Assembly: GCA_018648805.1 (NCBI GenBank)
Contig: JABGQM010000005.1
Location: 49,433-113,432 of the forward strand
Origin: Verrucomicrobiota bacterium
GTDB taxonomy: Bacteria; Verrucomicrobiota; Kiritimatiellia; UBA8416; JABMPJ01
Direction of reading: 5' to 3'
Length of the DNA: 64,000 nucleotides
Part shown: positions 17,808 to 28,091 of the stretch, piece by piece
Layout: every line of letters starts with the position of its first letter
Numbering within the stretch: position 1 is the first letter of the stretch
Program-made: the position numbers and the translations under genes
Notes under the pieces: generated by a model
The model's input: the letters and a program-made list of their open reading frames with translations, nothing else
The model's database searches: none
Told to the model about the DNA's origin: nothing

Positions 17808-18995
17808 TTAGGGTGACTCGTGAATCAGATAACGTGCGGCCAGCGCCTGGTAGCCGGCGCGGGCCTGTTTCTTCAGAGTGGCCACCCGCGTGGTCCAGGC
17901 CGGTCGGAGCTCCCCGTCGTTGGCGCTGAGTCGTTGCACCTGGGCCGCCAGTCCAGCAGCGGAAAAATCCGCCAGCTCGATCAACGACTCGGGGGTGCCC
18001 ATCAGCTCCATGAAATGGCGCACCTTGGGCGCATAGGCCAGGCCGATGCAGGGCACATCCATGGCCGCCGCCAGGATGAGTGAGTGCAGGCGCATGCCCA
18101 CAAAATAGCGCATGCGCCCCATGGTTCCCATCAGCTCCTCAGAGGAGTACCGACCGTTGTCGAGCACAGCCACGCGGTCGCGACGGTTGACGTGTGCGAG
18201 GACCCCCTCGGCGTAGGCAATATCCATGATCTGGGTCACGACCAGCACCACGCGGCAGTCCTGCTCTTCAATCAGCAGGTCGACCGCTCTGGCCAGCTCC
18301 GCAGCAAACTGGGTGCCGTCAATTCCCTCCGACTTCTTGAGCCACTGGTCGACGTAGCTGTTGACGTTGATCCCGATCAGCGGCTGCGCCGTGTCGGCCA
18401 GGCCGTTTTCCTTCAGGATCTCGTCCACCCGTTCCTCACCGGCGGGCGGATCCACAAAGGCGGCATCCGCATAGACCTCAATCCGCTCGGACGGAATGCC
18501 CACCGATTCGAGCAGTGTCTTCGAGTCGTTCTCGCGCACCCAGATCGCGTCACAACGGTCGCACACAAAGCGTGCACATTTCTGGCCCAGCCGACTATCG
18601 AGCGGTCCGATGCCCACCAGGAAACAGATCACCGGTTTGCGGAACAGTCGCGCCAGCGGCACGACGAACACCAGCAGGATCAGGAAGTTGAAAATCGGGT
18701 TGAGCAGCTTGACGTCAAAGATGATACCGTCGGTGATCAATACCGCATCGGATCGTTTGATCGAGCAGGCGGTGGTCCACCCGATGAAGCGCAGGCTCAA
18801 GTTCCACGGCATCATCGGCACGCCGCGCACCACATCCGACGGATAGCGGCGACTGATATCGCGCTTGCGTGGGGCCGGTACCTCGAAGCGCGTCCCGGGC
18901 GCCTGCTCCAGCGTGTTGTGTATAATTGAGGAGAGAATCGCCGCATCGCCGGCATTTCGCCCCGAGTTCGAGCCCAGTACACAGAGTGTTGCCAT
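17808..18995 (-). CDS. Polysaccharide pyruvyl transferase family protein
   Basis: N-terminus LCVLGSNSGRNAGDAAILSSII (G..GN.GD motif). C-terminal YFVGMRLHSLILAA..VPCIGLAYAPKV matches the WcaK/CsaB-type family pattern. Confidence 0.65.
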   Translation of the reverse strand: MATLCVLGSNSGRNAGDAAILSSIIHNTLEQAPGTRFEVPAPRKRDISRRYPSDVVRGVPMMPWNLSLRFIGWTTACSIKRSDAVLITDGIIFDVKLLNPIFNFLILLVFVVPLARLFRKPVICFLVGIGPLDSRLGQKCARFVCDRCDAIWVRENDSKTLLESVGIPSERIEVYADAAFVDPPAGEERVDEILKENGLADTAQPLIGINVNSYVDQWLKKSEGIDGTQFAAELARAVDLLIEEQDCRVVLVVTQIMDIAYAEGVLAHVNRRDRVAVLDNGRYSSEELMGTMGRMRYFVGMRLHSLILAAAMDVPCIGLAYAPKVRHFMELMGTPESLIELADFSAAGLAAQVQRLSANDGELRPAWTTRVATLKKQARAGYQALAARYLIHESP

Positions 18996-19016
18996 TCAAA
19001 GTCCTCTCGCGGCGCC

Positions 19017-20015
19017 CTACAGCAGCCCTTCCGTGCGGTACCATTCGGCCGTGCGGCGAATGCCCTCGGCCAGGCTCACGCCCGGTGTATAGCCGATCGT
19101 CTGACGCGCCTTATCAATCTTGAAAGCACGGCTCTTTGTGAAGAAGTCGACTCGGCGCCGGTAAATCGGCGGCGGAATCCGCAGCGGTACGCAGACCTTC
19201 TCCACCACCGTGCCGAGCAACTGGATCGGCCAGGCCGGGATGTGCAGCTTTGGCGGCGGTACGCCCAAGGCGTCGGCGATGATTCTGAACAGCTCGTTGA
19301 GCGGCACGTACTCCTCGCCGGCCACGATAAAGAGTTCGCCGTCGGCGGTATCCGATTCCATGCCGCGGATGAAGCCCTCCACCAGGTCGTCGATATAGAC
19401 GGTGTGAAATGTGGGTTTGCCGCTGCCGATCACAAAGAAGCGCCGCTTGGCGATCATGCTGAACAATTTGAGCAGCCGCAGGTCGCCGGGTCCGTAAATC
19501 GAAGCGGGCCGAATCACCGTGCCACGCAGGCGGCCCGAGCGGAACGCCTCGAGGGCCAACTTCTCGCCTTCCATCTTGGTGACCTGGTAGATGTCGCCCG
19601 GGTTGTAGGGCGTCTCTTCGTCGGCCGGCGGATTGGCAATATGGCCGCATACCCCGATCGTGCTGCAGTGCACCATCTTCTCAACCCCGGCTTCAACCGC
19701 GGCATCAATCAGCAGCGTGGTCGCATCGCGGTTGATGCGGGTGTACTCCGCGTCGGGCACATTGGCCCGCCGGAACAGCGCCGCAATGTGGAAGAGGTAG
19801 CCGCAACCTTTCACGATGCGGGTACAATCCTCTGCCAGGCCCACATCGGCTTCGACCACTTCGACCCCAGCCTCCATCAGCTCTGCGGTGTCGCTGTTGC
19901 CCCCGGGCCGCACCGTGCCGCGCACCGTGTAACCCTCGTGCGCCAGCCGCAAGGCCAGTGCTTTACCTGTGAACCCGGCCGCGCCGGTCACCAAAATCTT
20001 ACGGTCTTTATCCAT
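19017..20015 (-). CDS. NAD-dependent epimerase/dehydratase (SDR family, sugar-nucleotide modifying)
   Basis: Rossmann motif KILVTGAAGFTGKALALRL. Catalytic YQVTKMEGEK (YxxxK). Length 332 aa. Confidence 0.75.
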   Translation of the reverse strand: MDKDRKILVTGAAGFTGKALALRLAHEGYTVRGTVRPGGNSDTAELMEAGVEVVEADVGLAEDCTRIVKGCGYLFHIAALFRRANVPDAEYTRINRDATTLLIDAAVEAGVEKMVHCSTIGVCGHIANPPADEETPYNPGDIYQVTKMEGEKLALEAFRSGRLRGTVIRPASIYGPGDLRLLKLFSMIAKRRFFVIGSGKPTFHTVYIDDLVEGFIRGMESDTADGELFIVAGEEYVPLNELFRIIADALGVPPPKLHIPAWPIQLLGTVVEKVCVPLRIPPPIYRRRVDFFTKSRAFKIDKARQTIGYTPGVSLAEGIRRTAEWYRTEGLL

Positions 20016-20185
20016 CGTACGGTCCGAACTGCGATCCCTACAGCCTATAGCCTACAGCCTAAACGCCTGGCAGCATCCGGAGGATGCCGCCTCAAATCTA
20101 CCCTTGCGCCGCTGTTGAGCTGATGTCTATGCTCTGCTCCATCTAGGGCGCGCCCGAAAGTGTCGGTCGGATAATAGGGATAGAG

Positions 20186-22816
20186 GTGTTTCCGTTGCAA
20201 GACTATAGCAGAGACGGGGGGCGTCGCCGCAGTGTGATTCTCTATGTTATTGCCGCGATAGCCTTCTTGCTGCTGGCCCTGGTTTGGACCCGGCCGTTGC
20301 ATCGTTACCTATTCAAAGGCATTCCCTATGAGGTCGAGCCGCATGCGGGGATCGAGGTGGTGCATGTCTCCCCGCAGGACTGTTTGCAGCTCTACTACAA
20401 GTACTGGCTCTTCTCGGAGTTCGTGGCCGGACGCATCCCGGTCTTCAGCGACCCCTACGAGTTCGCGCTGCCGGGCGCACGTGGCTTCACCAGTCAGCAA
20501 TTCCCGGTCAGCCTGATTTTCGCTGCCCTGCGGCCGATCAGCCCCATTTTCGCCTACAACGCCATCATCCTGCTCTCCTTCCTGGGGTGCGGTCTCTTCA
20601 TGATGATGCTCGTGCGTTGCACGATGGATGACTGGTGGGCTGCGGCCCTGGCCGGGCTCATCTTCTGCATCATGCCCTTCCGTCTGCCCCAGCTCATGGC
20701 CGGACACCCCAACGGGGTGGTGGTGATGCTCCTGCCGCTGGTGCTCTACTTTGCCCATCGCGGGCTGGAGGGCAAACGCGCGGCGGCCATCGGTGCCGGG
20801 TTGACCGCCACCGCGATTGCCCTCATGGATATGCAGTTGGCCTACTTCAGCGCCATGCTGATCACGGCCTTCGTGCTGTGGCGCACATGCGGCTATATCG
20901 TCGTACACTGGCGTCCGGTGGGCCCGCGTATTGTGGCCAAGCTATTGCTGCCACGACTCCTGTTGATGGGCGTCTCGGCGCTGCCGGGCGTGATCTATCT
21001 GATCTTCGTCAAGCGGGTGGTGCTCAAGGCCTCCGCCATCCATGGCAGCGGCGTGGCGGGCAGCGGCCAGATCGGACCCGCCCTCAAAGATATTTGGGAT
21101 ATTACCGTCTGCGGCGAACGACGCATCTACATGGGTCCCTACGTGTTGGCTTTTGCCGTGGCCGGCTTGATCCTGCCCTACCTCCTGAAGCACAAGCGCG
21201 TCGTACGCTGGCGTGCCGACGCCATCTTCTGGCTCCTCATGGTGGTCGGTGGCATTGTACTCAGCCTCTCGCTCAATCCCCCCTTCAATCGCTGGGTTGA
21301 CGGCATCCCGATCGCCCGCCTCTCGCGCACCCCCGCCCGCGCCGCCGTGATCACGTTTACCGGCCTGGCGCTCCTGGCGGCACAAGCGTTGTCTGTGCTG
21401 CGCGGCTGGTTGCAGCGTTGGCGCAACGGGCGTGCCATCGGCGCCGCTGTGGCGGTGGCCTGCATGGCGCTTGTTGTAGCGGACTACTGGCTTGAGGGCC
21501 CACGCGGCATCAACGTGCTGGCGGTACCGTCGCCGGTCTACCAGAACATCACGGCGTCTACCGATGACCCACGCGTTCTGGCGGTGCCTATCTGGCCGGG
21601 CGACAGCTCGATGAGCTCCAGCCTCTTTCATCACATTGCCCGCAGCCGCGTCCACCTGATCAATGGCTACAGTCCCGTGGCTTCGGCGGATTACCGCGCC
21701 AAGGTGTTCGAGCCGTTTAGCCTGGCCAATGTGGGCCAGTTCGGGAGCAACGAATGGGCCTTGGCGCAAGCGATGGGCGTCACGCACGTAACCTTTCATC
21801 CGGAGAGCTTTCCGGCACCGGGTCACGTCAGTGTATTTCCCGCCGATCTCACCCTCGACCGTCTCAAACAGACCCCCGGCCTCACCTGGCTTGAGCATCA
21901 CGATCCGGTGGACGGATTTCGCCTGCAGGATGCACCGGAGTGGTCGACGGCTCCGCCGCGTGCCATTTCACCTGTCTCCTACAATGTCTCCGGTTATCAC
22001 TGCGGCATGCCCGGCGAGACCGCGCTCGAGAGTCCGCCCAGCATTGCGGGCCACATCCAGACCGGCTCGGGCGGAACCACCAACGCGGTTTTCCAGTGGC
22101 GTGGCCGCGTCTTACCGAGCGGGGCGTACACGGTCGGCTTGCGCATGCGCGTCATGCCGATGGGGGACAGCATGCCCACCCCCGTGCGCTGGAACGTGGA
22201 GGCGGTAGACAGCCTGACCAGCAACGTGCTCACAACAGCAGCCTTCCCGGACGGCGTCGCCGAGGCCGGCGAGTTCGAATGGTTCTCGTTGCCGCTATCT
22301 CTCGACACGGCGCGACGCGTCGGGCTGCGCCTGACCTCACCCGACCGCGTGCGCTTCGAACTCGATCTCTGGACTATTGGGTTTAGCGCTGCCCGTAATC
22401 AGATGGCGTGGGAAGCCGAAGACTTTTACCACGCCGGCCGCACGCTGGCCGTGGAGGGGGCCGGCGGCCGCGGTGTGGTCAATCTGGGCGCGAACGATCC
22501 CACCGAAGGCGTGATTCGTGGGCCCTTTAAATACATTCCCGCCGGCGACTACGCTCTGACCGTCCGTTATCGAGGACGGAGCGATGACGCCGGACCGGTC
22601 GCGCGTATTTTGCTGGCCAGCCATCTCTCGCCGGCCCATCGCCACAAGGTCGATCTTGGCGCGCTGGATCTGTCGGTCGGCGGCGACGCCCAGCAGTGGC
22701 GCGAGGCGACACTGCCCTTTACGGTACCGTCGAGTGGGGTCATATTTGAATGCTGCATTGACCGCCTGCCTGGCGGTCTAATCGAGGTGGATCATTTCCG
22801 GCTGGCCTCCAAGTGA
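20186..22816 (+). CDS. Large polytopic membrane protein (putative GT-C-like glycosyltransferase) with a C-terminal carbohydrate-binding-like beta-sandwich region
   Basis: GTG start. The N-terminal ~480 aa are very hydrophobic with many TM helices (VILYVIAAIAFLLLALVW...). C-terminal soluble region ...AWEAEDFYHAGRTLAVEGAGGRGVVNLG...YALTVRYRG. No confident family assignment. Confidence 0.45.
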   Translation: MFPLQDYSRDGGRRRSVILYVIAAIAFLLLALVWTRPLHRYLFKGIPYEVEPHAGIEVVHVSPQDCLQLYYKYWLFSEFVAGRIPVFSDPYEFALPGARGFTSQQFPVSLIFAALRPISPIFAYNAIILLSFLGCGLFMMMLVRCTMDDWWAAALAGLIFCIMPFRLPQLMAGHPNGVVVMLLPLVLYFAHRGLEGKRAAAIGAGLTATAIALMDMQLAYFSAMLITAFVLWRTCGYIVVHWRPVGPRIVAKLLLPRLLLMGVSALPGVIYLIFVKRVVLKASAIHGSGVAGSGQIGPALKDIWDITVCGERRIYMGPYVLAFAVAGLILPYLLKHKRVVRWRADAIFWLLMVVGGIVLSLSLNPPFNRWVDGIPIARLSRTPARAAVITFTGLALLAAQALSVLRGWLQRWRNGRAIGAAVAVACMALVVADYWLEGPRGINVLAVPSPVYQNITASTDDPRVLAVPIWPGDSSMSSSLFHHIARSRVHLINGYSPVASADYRAKVFEPFSLANVGQFGSNEWALAQAMGVTHVTFHPESFPAPGHVSVFPADLTLDRLKQTPGLTWLEHHDPVDGFRLQDAPEWSTAPPRAISPVSYNVSGYHCGMPGETALESPPSIAGHIQTGSGGTTNAVFQWRGRVLPSGAYTVGLRMRVMPMGDSMPTPVRWNVEAVDSLTSNVLTTAAFPDGVAEAGEFEWFSLPLSLDTARRVGLRLTSPDRVRFELDLWTIGFSAARNQMAWEAEDFYHAGRTLAVEGAGGRGVVNLGANDPTEGVIRGPFKYIPAGDYALTVRYRGRSDDAGPVARILLASHLSPAHRHKVDLGALDLSVGGDAQQWREATLPFTVPSSGVIFECCIDRLPGGLIEVDHFRLASK

Positions 22817-24972
22817 GTCGCCACCACCCAAAGCGGAATCACCCAGCGCGCAGGACGCCGGTTGCGCAGACCGTGCTGCTGGTGGCGCTGGGTCTACTGC
22901 TCGTCTTCGGCACGTACCTGAGTGGTGCCTGGCTGAATGTGGGATGGATGCTCCGTGCGCTCTGGGTGCTTCCACTCTGGCTGGTTGGCGGCTTTGTTGC
23001 CTGGCGACAAGCGTCACAGGCCCCGCGGCGCTGGCCACTCATCGTTCTGCTTGGCCTGCTGGGCCTCTACCTCTTCTCACGCGCGGCCGCGGCGCCGGAC
23101 TTCTTCTTCCTGAATTGGGCGCCGGTGGTACCGTGGAAGCCCTGGCGGGGCTGGATCGAGCGCGCCCTCGCGCTGGGCGCCATCTTCCTGCTCGCGCGCG
23201 CTCTGGGCCGGCGTGCCCTGACCGCTGTGATGGCGCTCGCACTGGTGGGCTGCATTGGGGCGGCCGTTGTTGCGCTTATGCACGCCACGGGCGGCGATCC
23301 GCTCTACCGCATCGATCACCCCTCCTTCTTCTACCGCCTCTGGTCGTACGGCCAGTCGATGCCGCGTTTTATCTATTACGACCCGCATTGGAACGGCGGC
23401 ACAGTGATGCCCTACCTCGTGGCCTCAGGCGTGATGGGACCCGGACTCTTCCTCTGGCCGATCTGGAAATGGTGCGCCACGGCCACGGTCTATACCCCTG
23501 CCTTTGCCCTGCTCTTCCTCGTTGTGGTGCCGCTCTTGGCGGCGGCGGCCTGTCGTGCCCTCACGCGCGACCGCCTGGCATGGATCGCGGCGGCGTTCCT
23601 CGGACTCGGCACCTCGCATTTCTACTACGTTCACCTGGTCCACTACGGCACCTTTGGATCGATCTTTGCCGCCGCTTTCCTGATGCCCCTGACGGCCTGC
23701 CTCTACCGTATCGTCATGCTGGGGCGTACCGACCGCTGGACCTGGATCGGTGTTGTGCTCTGCGGGGCCGCGGCCCTGAGCTGGCCGCCCGCGGCCCTCA
23801 TGGCCCTGCCGCTGGGTGTGGCCCTGCTCTTCAACTGGCGCCGCCTGCGCTGGCCGGTCATGGCCGGCCTGCTGGCCTGCGCACTCGCCCTGGTGCTTAT
23901 TTTTGCGCTGCCGGCACTCAGCCTTATGACTCACTCCCGGGTGGGGAAGATTGCGGCCACCTATGCATCGCCCTTCACGCTCGACTTCGTGCGCGCCGGT
24001 TTTGTGCAGCTCGGCGAGCTGCTGCGTCAGAGCCATCCGGTCATCCTCTTCGCCGGCCTGCTCGGCCCGTTGGCACTGCCCTGTCGCCGCCTGCGCCGCT
24101 GGTTTGTGCCGCTGCTCGTTAGCAGCCTGCTGATTGCCGCCTGGGGCAAGGGCTGGAAGCGCGACCTGCAAATCGACCGGGTCTGGCTGAACGCCCTCTT
24201 CATCGGCATTCTCCCGGCCGCCATCGTGCTGGCCCGCCTGGCGCGACAGCGCGCCTGTCTCGCCCGCGTCACGGCGGCCCTACTGTGTGGCCTGCTTGTT
24301 ATGGGCGGCTACACCGCCATCAAATACATGGGCAACCAGGGCCGCGCCGGCTTCACCACCATGACGCCCGAGTTGCGCGAGATCGTGGAGTGGATCCGCG
24401 GGAATGTACCCGAAGAGGGGCGCGTTATGTTTGCCGGCGCGGCTGTGCACGGCTACAGCGGTGGCAAGGTCGCCGCCCTGCCGGTCTATACCGGGCGTGA
24501 GATGATGGCCTGCGACTACTACGGGTTCTCACCCAAGCTGGTCGAATACAACTACCCGACCCGCGAATTTCGCAAACACGGTCCGCAGAAGCTGTTCGAC
24601 TTCATGAATCTTTACAATATCACCCACATCATCACCTACCACGACGACTGGAAGGCCGCCTTCCGGCGCCTCGACACGCAGTACGCCGAGGCGGCCAGCT
24701 TCGGCAAGAAGACCCTCTTCCGCGTCTTGCGCGATTCGAGCATGATCGCCGATGGGGCAGGGGAGGTCGACGCGGGCATCAATCGCATCGTCGTGACCCC
24801 GGCCGACCCGAATACGCCCGTCGTCGTGAAGTACAACTGGGTAGACGGCATCAGTTGCACGCCGGCCCAGGCCTCGATTGAGCCATGGGATACGGGCACC
24901 AGCGTCAAACTGATCCAGGTGAATCCGGGCGGAGCCGAGACCGTGACGATCGGCTACAAGAGGTGGTACTGA
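22813..24972 (+). CDS. Polytopic membrane protein (putative GT-C-like glycosyltransferase or polymerase)
   Basis: GTG start overlaps the upstream stop (translational coupling). More than 12 predicted TM segments across ~520 aa, then a soluble C-terminal region. Rich in R/W-flanked helices. Confidence 0.45.
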   Translation: MSRHHPKRNHPARRTPVAQTVLLVALGLLLVFGTYLSGAWLNVGWMLRALWVLPLWLVGGFVAWRQASQAPRRWPLIVLLGLLGLYLFSRAAAAPDFFFLNWAPVVPWKPWRGWIERALALGAIFLLARALGRRALTAVMALALVGCIGAAVVALMHATGGDPLYRIDHPSFFYRLWSYGQSMPRFIYYDPHWNGGTVMPYLVASGVMGPGLFLWPIWKWCATATVYTPAFALLFLVVVPLLAAAACRALTRDRLAWIAAAFLGLGTSHFYYVHLVHYGTFGSIFAAAFLMPLTACLYRIVMLGRTDRWTWIGVVLCGAAALSWPPAALMALPLGVALLFNWRRLRWPVMAGLLACALALVLIFALPALSLMTHSRVGKIAATYASPFTLDFVRAGFVQLGELLRQSHPVILFAGLLGPLALPCRRLRRWFVPLLVSSLLIAAWGKGWKRDLQIDRVWLNALFIGILPAAIVLARLARQRACLARVTAALLCGLLVMGGYTAIKYMGNQGRAGFTTMTPELREIVEWIRGNVPEEGRVMFAGAAVHGYSGGKVAALPVYTGREMMACDYYGFSPKLVEYNYPTREFRKHGPQKLFDFMNLYNITHIITYHDDWKAAFRRLDTQYAEAASFGKKTLFRVLRDSSMIADGAGEVDAGINRIVVTPADPNTPVVVKYNWVDGISCTPAQASIEPWDTGTSVKLIQVNPGGAETVTIGYKRWY

Positions 24973-27296
24973 TGGCCGACGGGGCGGCTCAGAGTCAATA
25001 CGCGTGGCGCTGGCGAGTGGGGCTCCTTTTGGTCCTGCTGGCCGGATTCGGCCTGCGCATGGCGCTGGCCGTCACGGCCTTTGCCTCGACCCGTGACACC
25101 TCGACGGTGGGCATCATGGCCGGCCAAATCCTCAATGGCAGCCGGCCGCTCTTCTACGCCGGACAGGAATACATGGGCGCCCTCGAAGCCTATCTGGTCG
25201 CCATCGTGTTCCGTTGCTGTGGCGTCTCGCCCGTGACATTGGCGCTCATCCCGTCGCTCATGGCCCTGCTATGGGCCGGCGCCCTGTTCGCACTCTTCCG
25301 CCGGCTCTTCGCCTCACCGGCGGCCGGCCTCGCCGCGGCCGCCTGCGCCTCTTTCGGCGGACACTACACGATGTGGTACACCATGGGTGCCTACGGCGGC
25401 TATCCCGAGATGTATCTGTTCGGGACCCTCGCCCTCCTCCTGGCCATGATGGTCAGTCGCAGCGATGCACCCGAGGCCCGGTGGCGCCACTGGCTGCTGC
25501 TGGGTGGCGTGCTCGCCCTGGGGGTCTGGACCAATATGCAGGTGATTCCGTTCTTCCTGACCGCGGGCCTCTGGATAGCGGTCGACTGGTTGCGCCACCG
25601 CCGCCGCTCGTGGCGTCGCCCGGCGGCCATGCTGACCGCCCTCTCCATCGGACTGCTCGGTCTGCTGCCCTCCCGCTTCGTACCGCATAGCGAGAACAAC
25701 GAACTGGTGGGCATGGTGCTGCCGCGCCTCTCCCTCCTGGCCCGCCATGGATCCACTTTTGCGCGCCACAACCTCCCACGCGCACTGTGGTGGCCCGATA
25801 CCCATCTGGTCTGGATCTGGTGCCTCGGTCTGCTGCTCCTGCTGCCAGTGACGTGCTACCTGGCGGGACTCTTCACACGTCGCGGCGAAGCCCGACGTCG
25901 CGTGCCGCTGATCTTCGTGGCGCTCTTCCTGCTGCTCTATCTCTCGCATCCGCTCGCCGCCCTCTCGGCGCCGCGTTACCTTATCTCATTCGTTACCCTC
26001 TCACTGGCCGCCGGGTTCGCCGCCATGCTGGTGGCCCGTCCGCGTCTGCTACGCCTCGCCGGACTCCTCTTGCTGTTGCTGTGGTGTGGCTACAACGTCA
26101 GTGGCACGCTCAACAAGTGCCTGACCTCGCGTGCCGCCAAAGCACAGGAACTCATGATTCGGCATCGCCTGATCGACAAAGCCGAACAGGCCGGTCTGCA
26201 AAACGTGAAGATTATCGGGGGTATCGCCGACTGCCTGCGCGGTCTCAAGCTCTCCTTCTCAGCGGGCGGCCGTGTCGCCTTTCTCGGCTTTCGGGACGAC
26301 CGCATCCTGGCCCATCACACCGCCTGGGCGGCTGATGACCGGGCCGGCTACGCTTTCTCGCCGCGCCTGCGCTTCTATTTCGAAGGCGCCATGACCGCCC
26401 TCGCGGCCGAGAGCTACACCTTCGTGGATGATCCCAACCTGATGATGCTGGCCGATATAGTGCCGTCCCATGCGCGCCGCCGTGCGGTGGACGTGGCTTC
26501 TGTTATCACCGAGGGCGTATCCGGTCGTGGCATCGATCTCTTTGATCGTGTGCGCAGCACCGCCCTCGCCCCCACCGGCGCCGTGCAGCAGATCACCTTC
26601 GCACTGGAGGGCGTCACCACCCTCAGCGGGATGCGCTTCATGCCGGCCGGGGAGGATCTGCCGCGCGGGCCCTACGATCTCGCGGTCTCAACCGATGGCG
26701 CGCACTTCACGCCTATCCTGACCAATATTACGCGTGTGGGGGAGTCGTATGTGAACGGCAACCGGATCTATCTTAAGGATGTCGAGCCGGCTCAGGACCA
26801 CTGCTGGTCACCGGTTGAGGCCTCGCATGTTCGCTTCACCTGCCGCAGCAGCGGAAAAGCCGCCGGCTGGGCCATCGCCGAGGCCTACCTCTTCGAGCAC
26901 GTCGGTGAGCTGGGTCCGGTGGGGGAGGCGGAAGTGGAGGCGATCAGCCGCCACTGCACCTCACGTGCTATCGATTTCGCCTGGTGCGACCGCTGGCTCA
27001 GTCGCAAGCTGGTGGGGGTTGCCACGCCGCCCGCCCCCAACAGTCGCTACGCGCAGACACTCATCCCGCGTCGGGTCGACTTCCGTTCCGGCCTGGCCGT
27101 GATCGTCGACCGCGCCATTGCGGCCGACACCGAGCGCACGCTCACCCGTGCTCTCCCGACCGGTCGGCGCGTCATGCGCGAAGACTTCGATCACTACAGC
27201 GTGTTCCACACCGAAGGGACGTCCACGGCCACACCGGCGGGTGATCCGGACCTGGTCTGGAACGGCCACACCGTCCTGCTGACCCCGTCGCCCTAA
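24972..27296 (+). CDS. GT39/ArnT-like membrane glycosyltransferase with a C-terminal discoidin (F5/8 type C)-like domain
   Basis: ATG at 24972 overlaps the upstream TGA. N-terminus MADGAAQSQYAWRWRVGLLLVLLAGFGLRMALAV is ArnT/PMT-like. The C-terminal segment PRGPYDLAVSTDGAHFTPILTNITRVGESYVNGNRIYLKDVEPAQDHCWSPVEASHVRFTCRS...WAIAEAYLFEH resembles a discoidin domain. Confidence 0.5.
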   Translation: MADGAAQSQYAWRWRVGLLLVLLAGFGLRMALAVTAFASTRDTSTVGIMAGQILNGSRPLFYAGQEYMGALEAYLVAIVFRCCGVSPVTLALIPSLMALLWAGALFALFRRLFASPAAGLAAAACASFGGHYTMWYTMGAYGGYPEMYLFGTLALLLAMMVSRSDAPEARWRHWLLLGGVLALGVWTNMQVIPFFLTAGLWIAVDWLRHRRRSWRRPAAMLTALSIGLLGLLPSRFVPHSENNELVGMVLPRLSLLARHGSTFARHNLPRALWWPDTHLVWIWCLGLLLLLPVTCYLAGLFTRRGEARRRVPLIFVALFLLLYLSHPLAALSAPRYLISFVTLSLAAGFAAMLVARPRLLRLAGLLLLLLWCGYNVSGTLNKCLTSRAAKAQELMIRHRLIDKAEQAGLQNVKIIGGIADCLRGLKLSFSAGGRVAFLGFRDDRILAHHTAWAADDRAGYAFSPRLRFYFEGAMTALAAESYTFVDDPNLMMLADIVPSHARRRAVDVASVITEGVSGRGIDLFDRVRSTALAPTGAVQQITFALEGVTTLSGMRFMPAGEDLPRGPYDLAVSTDGAHFTPILTNITRVGESYVNGNRIYLKDVEPAQDHCWSPVEASHVRFTCRSSGKAAGWAIAEAYLFEHVGELGPVGEAEVEAISRHCTSRAIDFAWCDRWLSRKLVGVATPPAPNSRYAQTLIPRRVDFRSGLAVIVDRAIAADTERTLTRALPTGRRVMREDFDHYSVFHTEGTSTATPAGDPDLVWNGHTVLLTPSP

Positions 27297-27997
27297 AACT
27301 GGTAATCAAACCTCTCTATATCATCCCTATACAGCTTAGCGACTTGGTCAATTGTTGACGGACTGTTGTAGTAGTCATGGTAGTGGTTTCGATTCGTCGT
27401 GTTCCGCTTTTCCAATTCCAATGGCTCTCTCCCCATTGCCCTCAAGAGCCTGTTCATATCTCTATCGAAGTGTTCCACTTTTCCTGTAAAATCCAATTTG
27501 TCAGGGGTGAACAGGACTTGCGGCTGCCAATGATGATTGCCCTTGCTGACTGCAAACTCAACGAAGTGGTCAAATTCTGTTAGATCTTCGTTTGTCATCG
27601 TCCTCAACTGTGCAATGCGACGTGGCTGCGTCGTGAACATTTTCCAATTGGACACCATTCGATCCCAAGGATTACGAACAAAAGTAAACTTAAGATAACT
27701 GGCCAACTCCTTCTTGGGATTTCGCAATGAAGCCGATGATTTATTCTGAAACAATGCCCTTCGAATGGTAGTAGATGCTGCCTTTGGCACATCAAAATAC
27801 ATCAATTTACTCAACTCATCTATATAAACAAAGCTATAGCGATGAGCCGACACCGCTGGGCACTTGCACTTGGGGCATTCACAAGGAATATTCTCTCGTG
27901 CATACCGGTAATAGTACGGTGCACTCTTCTCCAATAGAAAATTGTTGTGCCATTTCTTCCCTAACTTCCAGCACGTTGATCGAATAGTCTCTTTCAT
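27293..27997 (-). CDS. Sulfotransferase family protein (Sulfotransfer_2-like), encoded in a low-GC island
   Basis: 5'-PSB-like motif YFDVPKAASTTIRRAL. 3'-PB-like FVRNPWDRMVSNW. Local GC is ~43-45% against >60% in the flanks. Confidence 0.55.
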   Translation of the reverse strand: MKETIRSTCWKLGKKWHNNFLLEKSAPYYYRYARENIPCECPKCKCPAVSAHRYSFVYIDELSKLMYFDVPKAASTTIRRALFQNKSSASLRNPKKELASYLKFTFVRNPWDRMVSNWKMFTTQPRRIAQLRTMTNEDLTEFDHFVEFAVSKGNHHWQPQVLFTPDKLDFTGKVEHFDRDMNRLLRAMGREPLELEKRNTTNRNHYHDYYNSPSTIDQVAKLYRDDIERFDYQF

Positions 27998-28091
27998 TTA
28001 CTTCTTACACTGATAGGAATTCACTTTCCTGCTGGTCATTCACACGACCCGCAAGTGGCCGCTAAACGCGCCTGGTGCATGCAGACTATGT

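Noticed and set aside
17245-18929. Long plus-strand ORFs (169 aa, 281 aa) antisense to the GT2 and pyruvyl transferase genes; similar cases at 20942..21901, 23425..24171 and 25314..25949 on the minus strand
   Set aside because: These are antisense shadows of well-supported genes. Their translations are dominated by Arg/Gly/His/Asp, typical of GC-rich non-coding frames.
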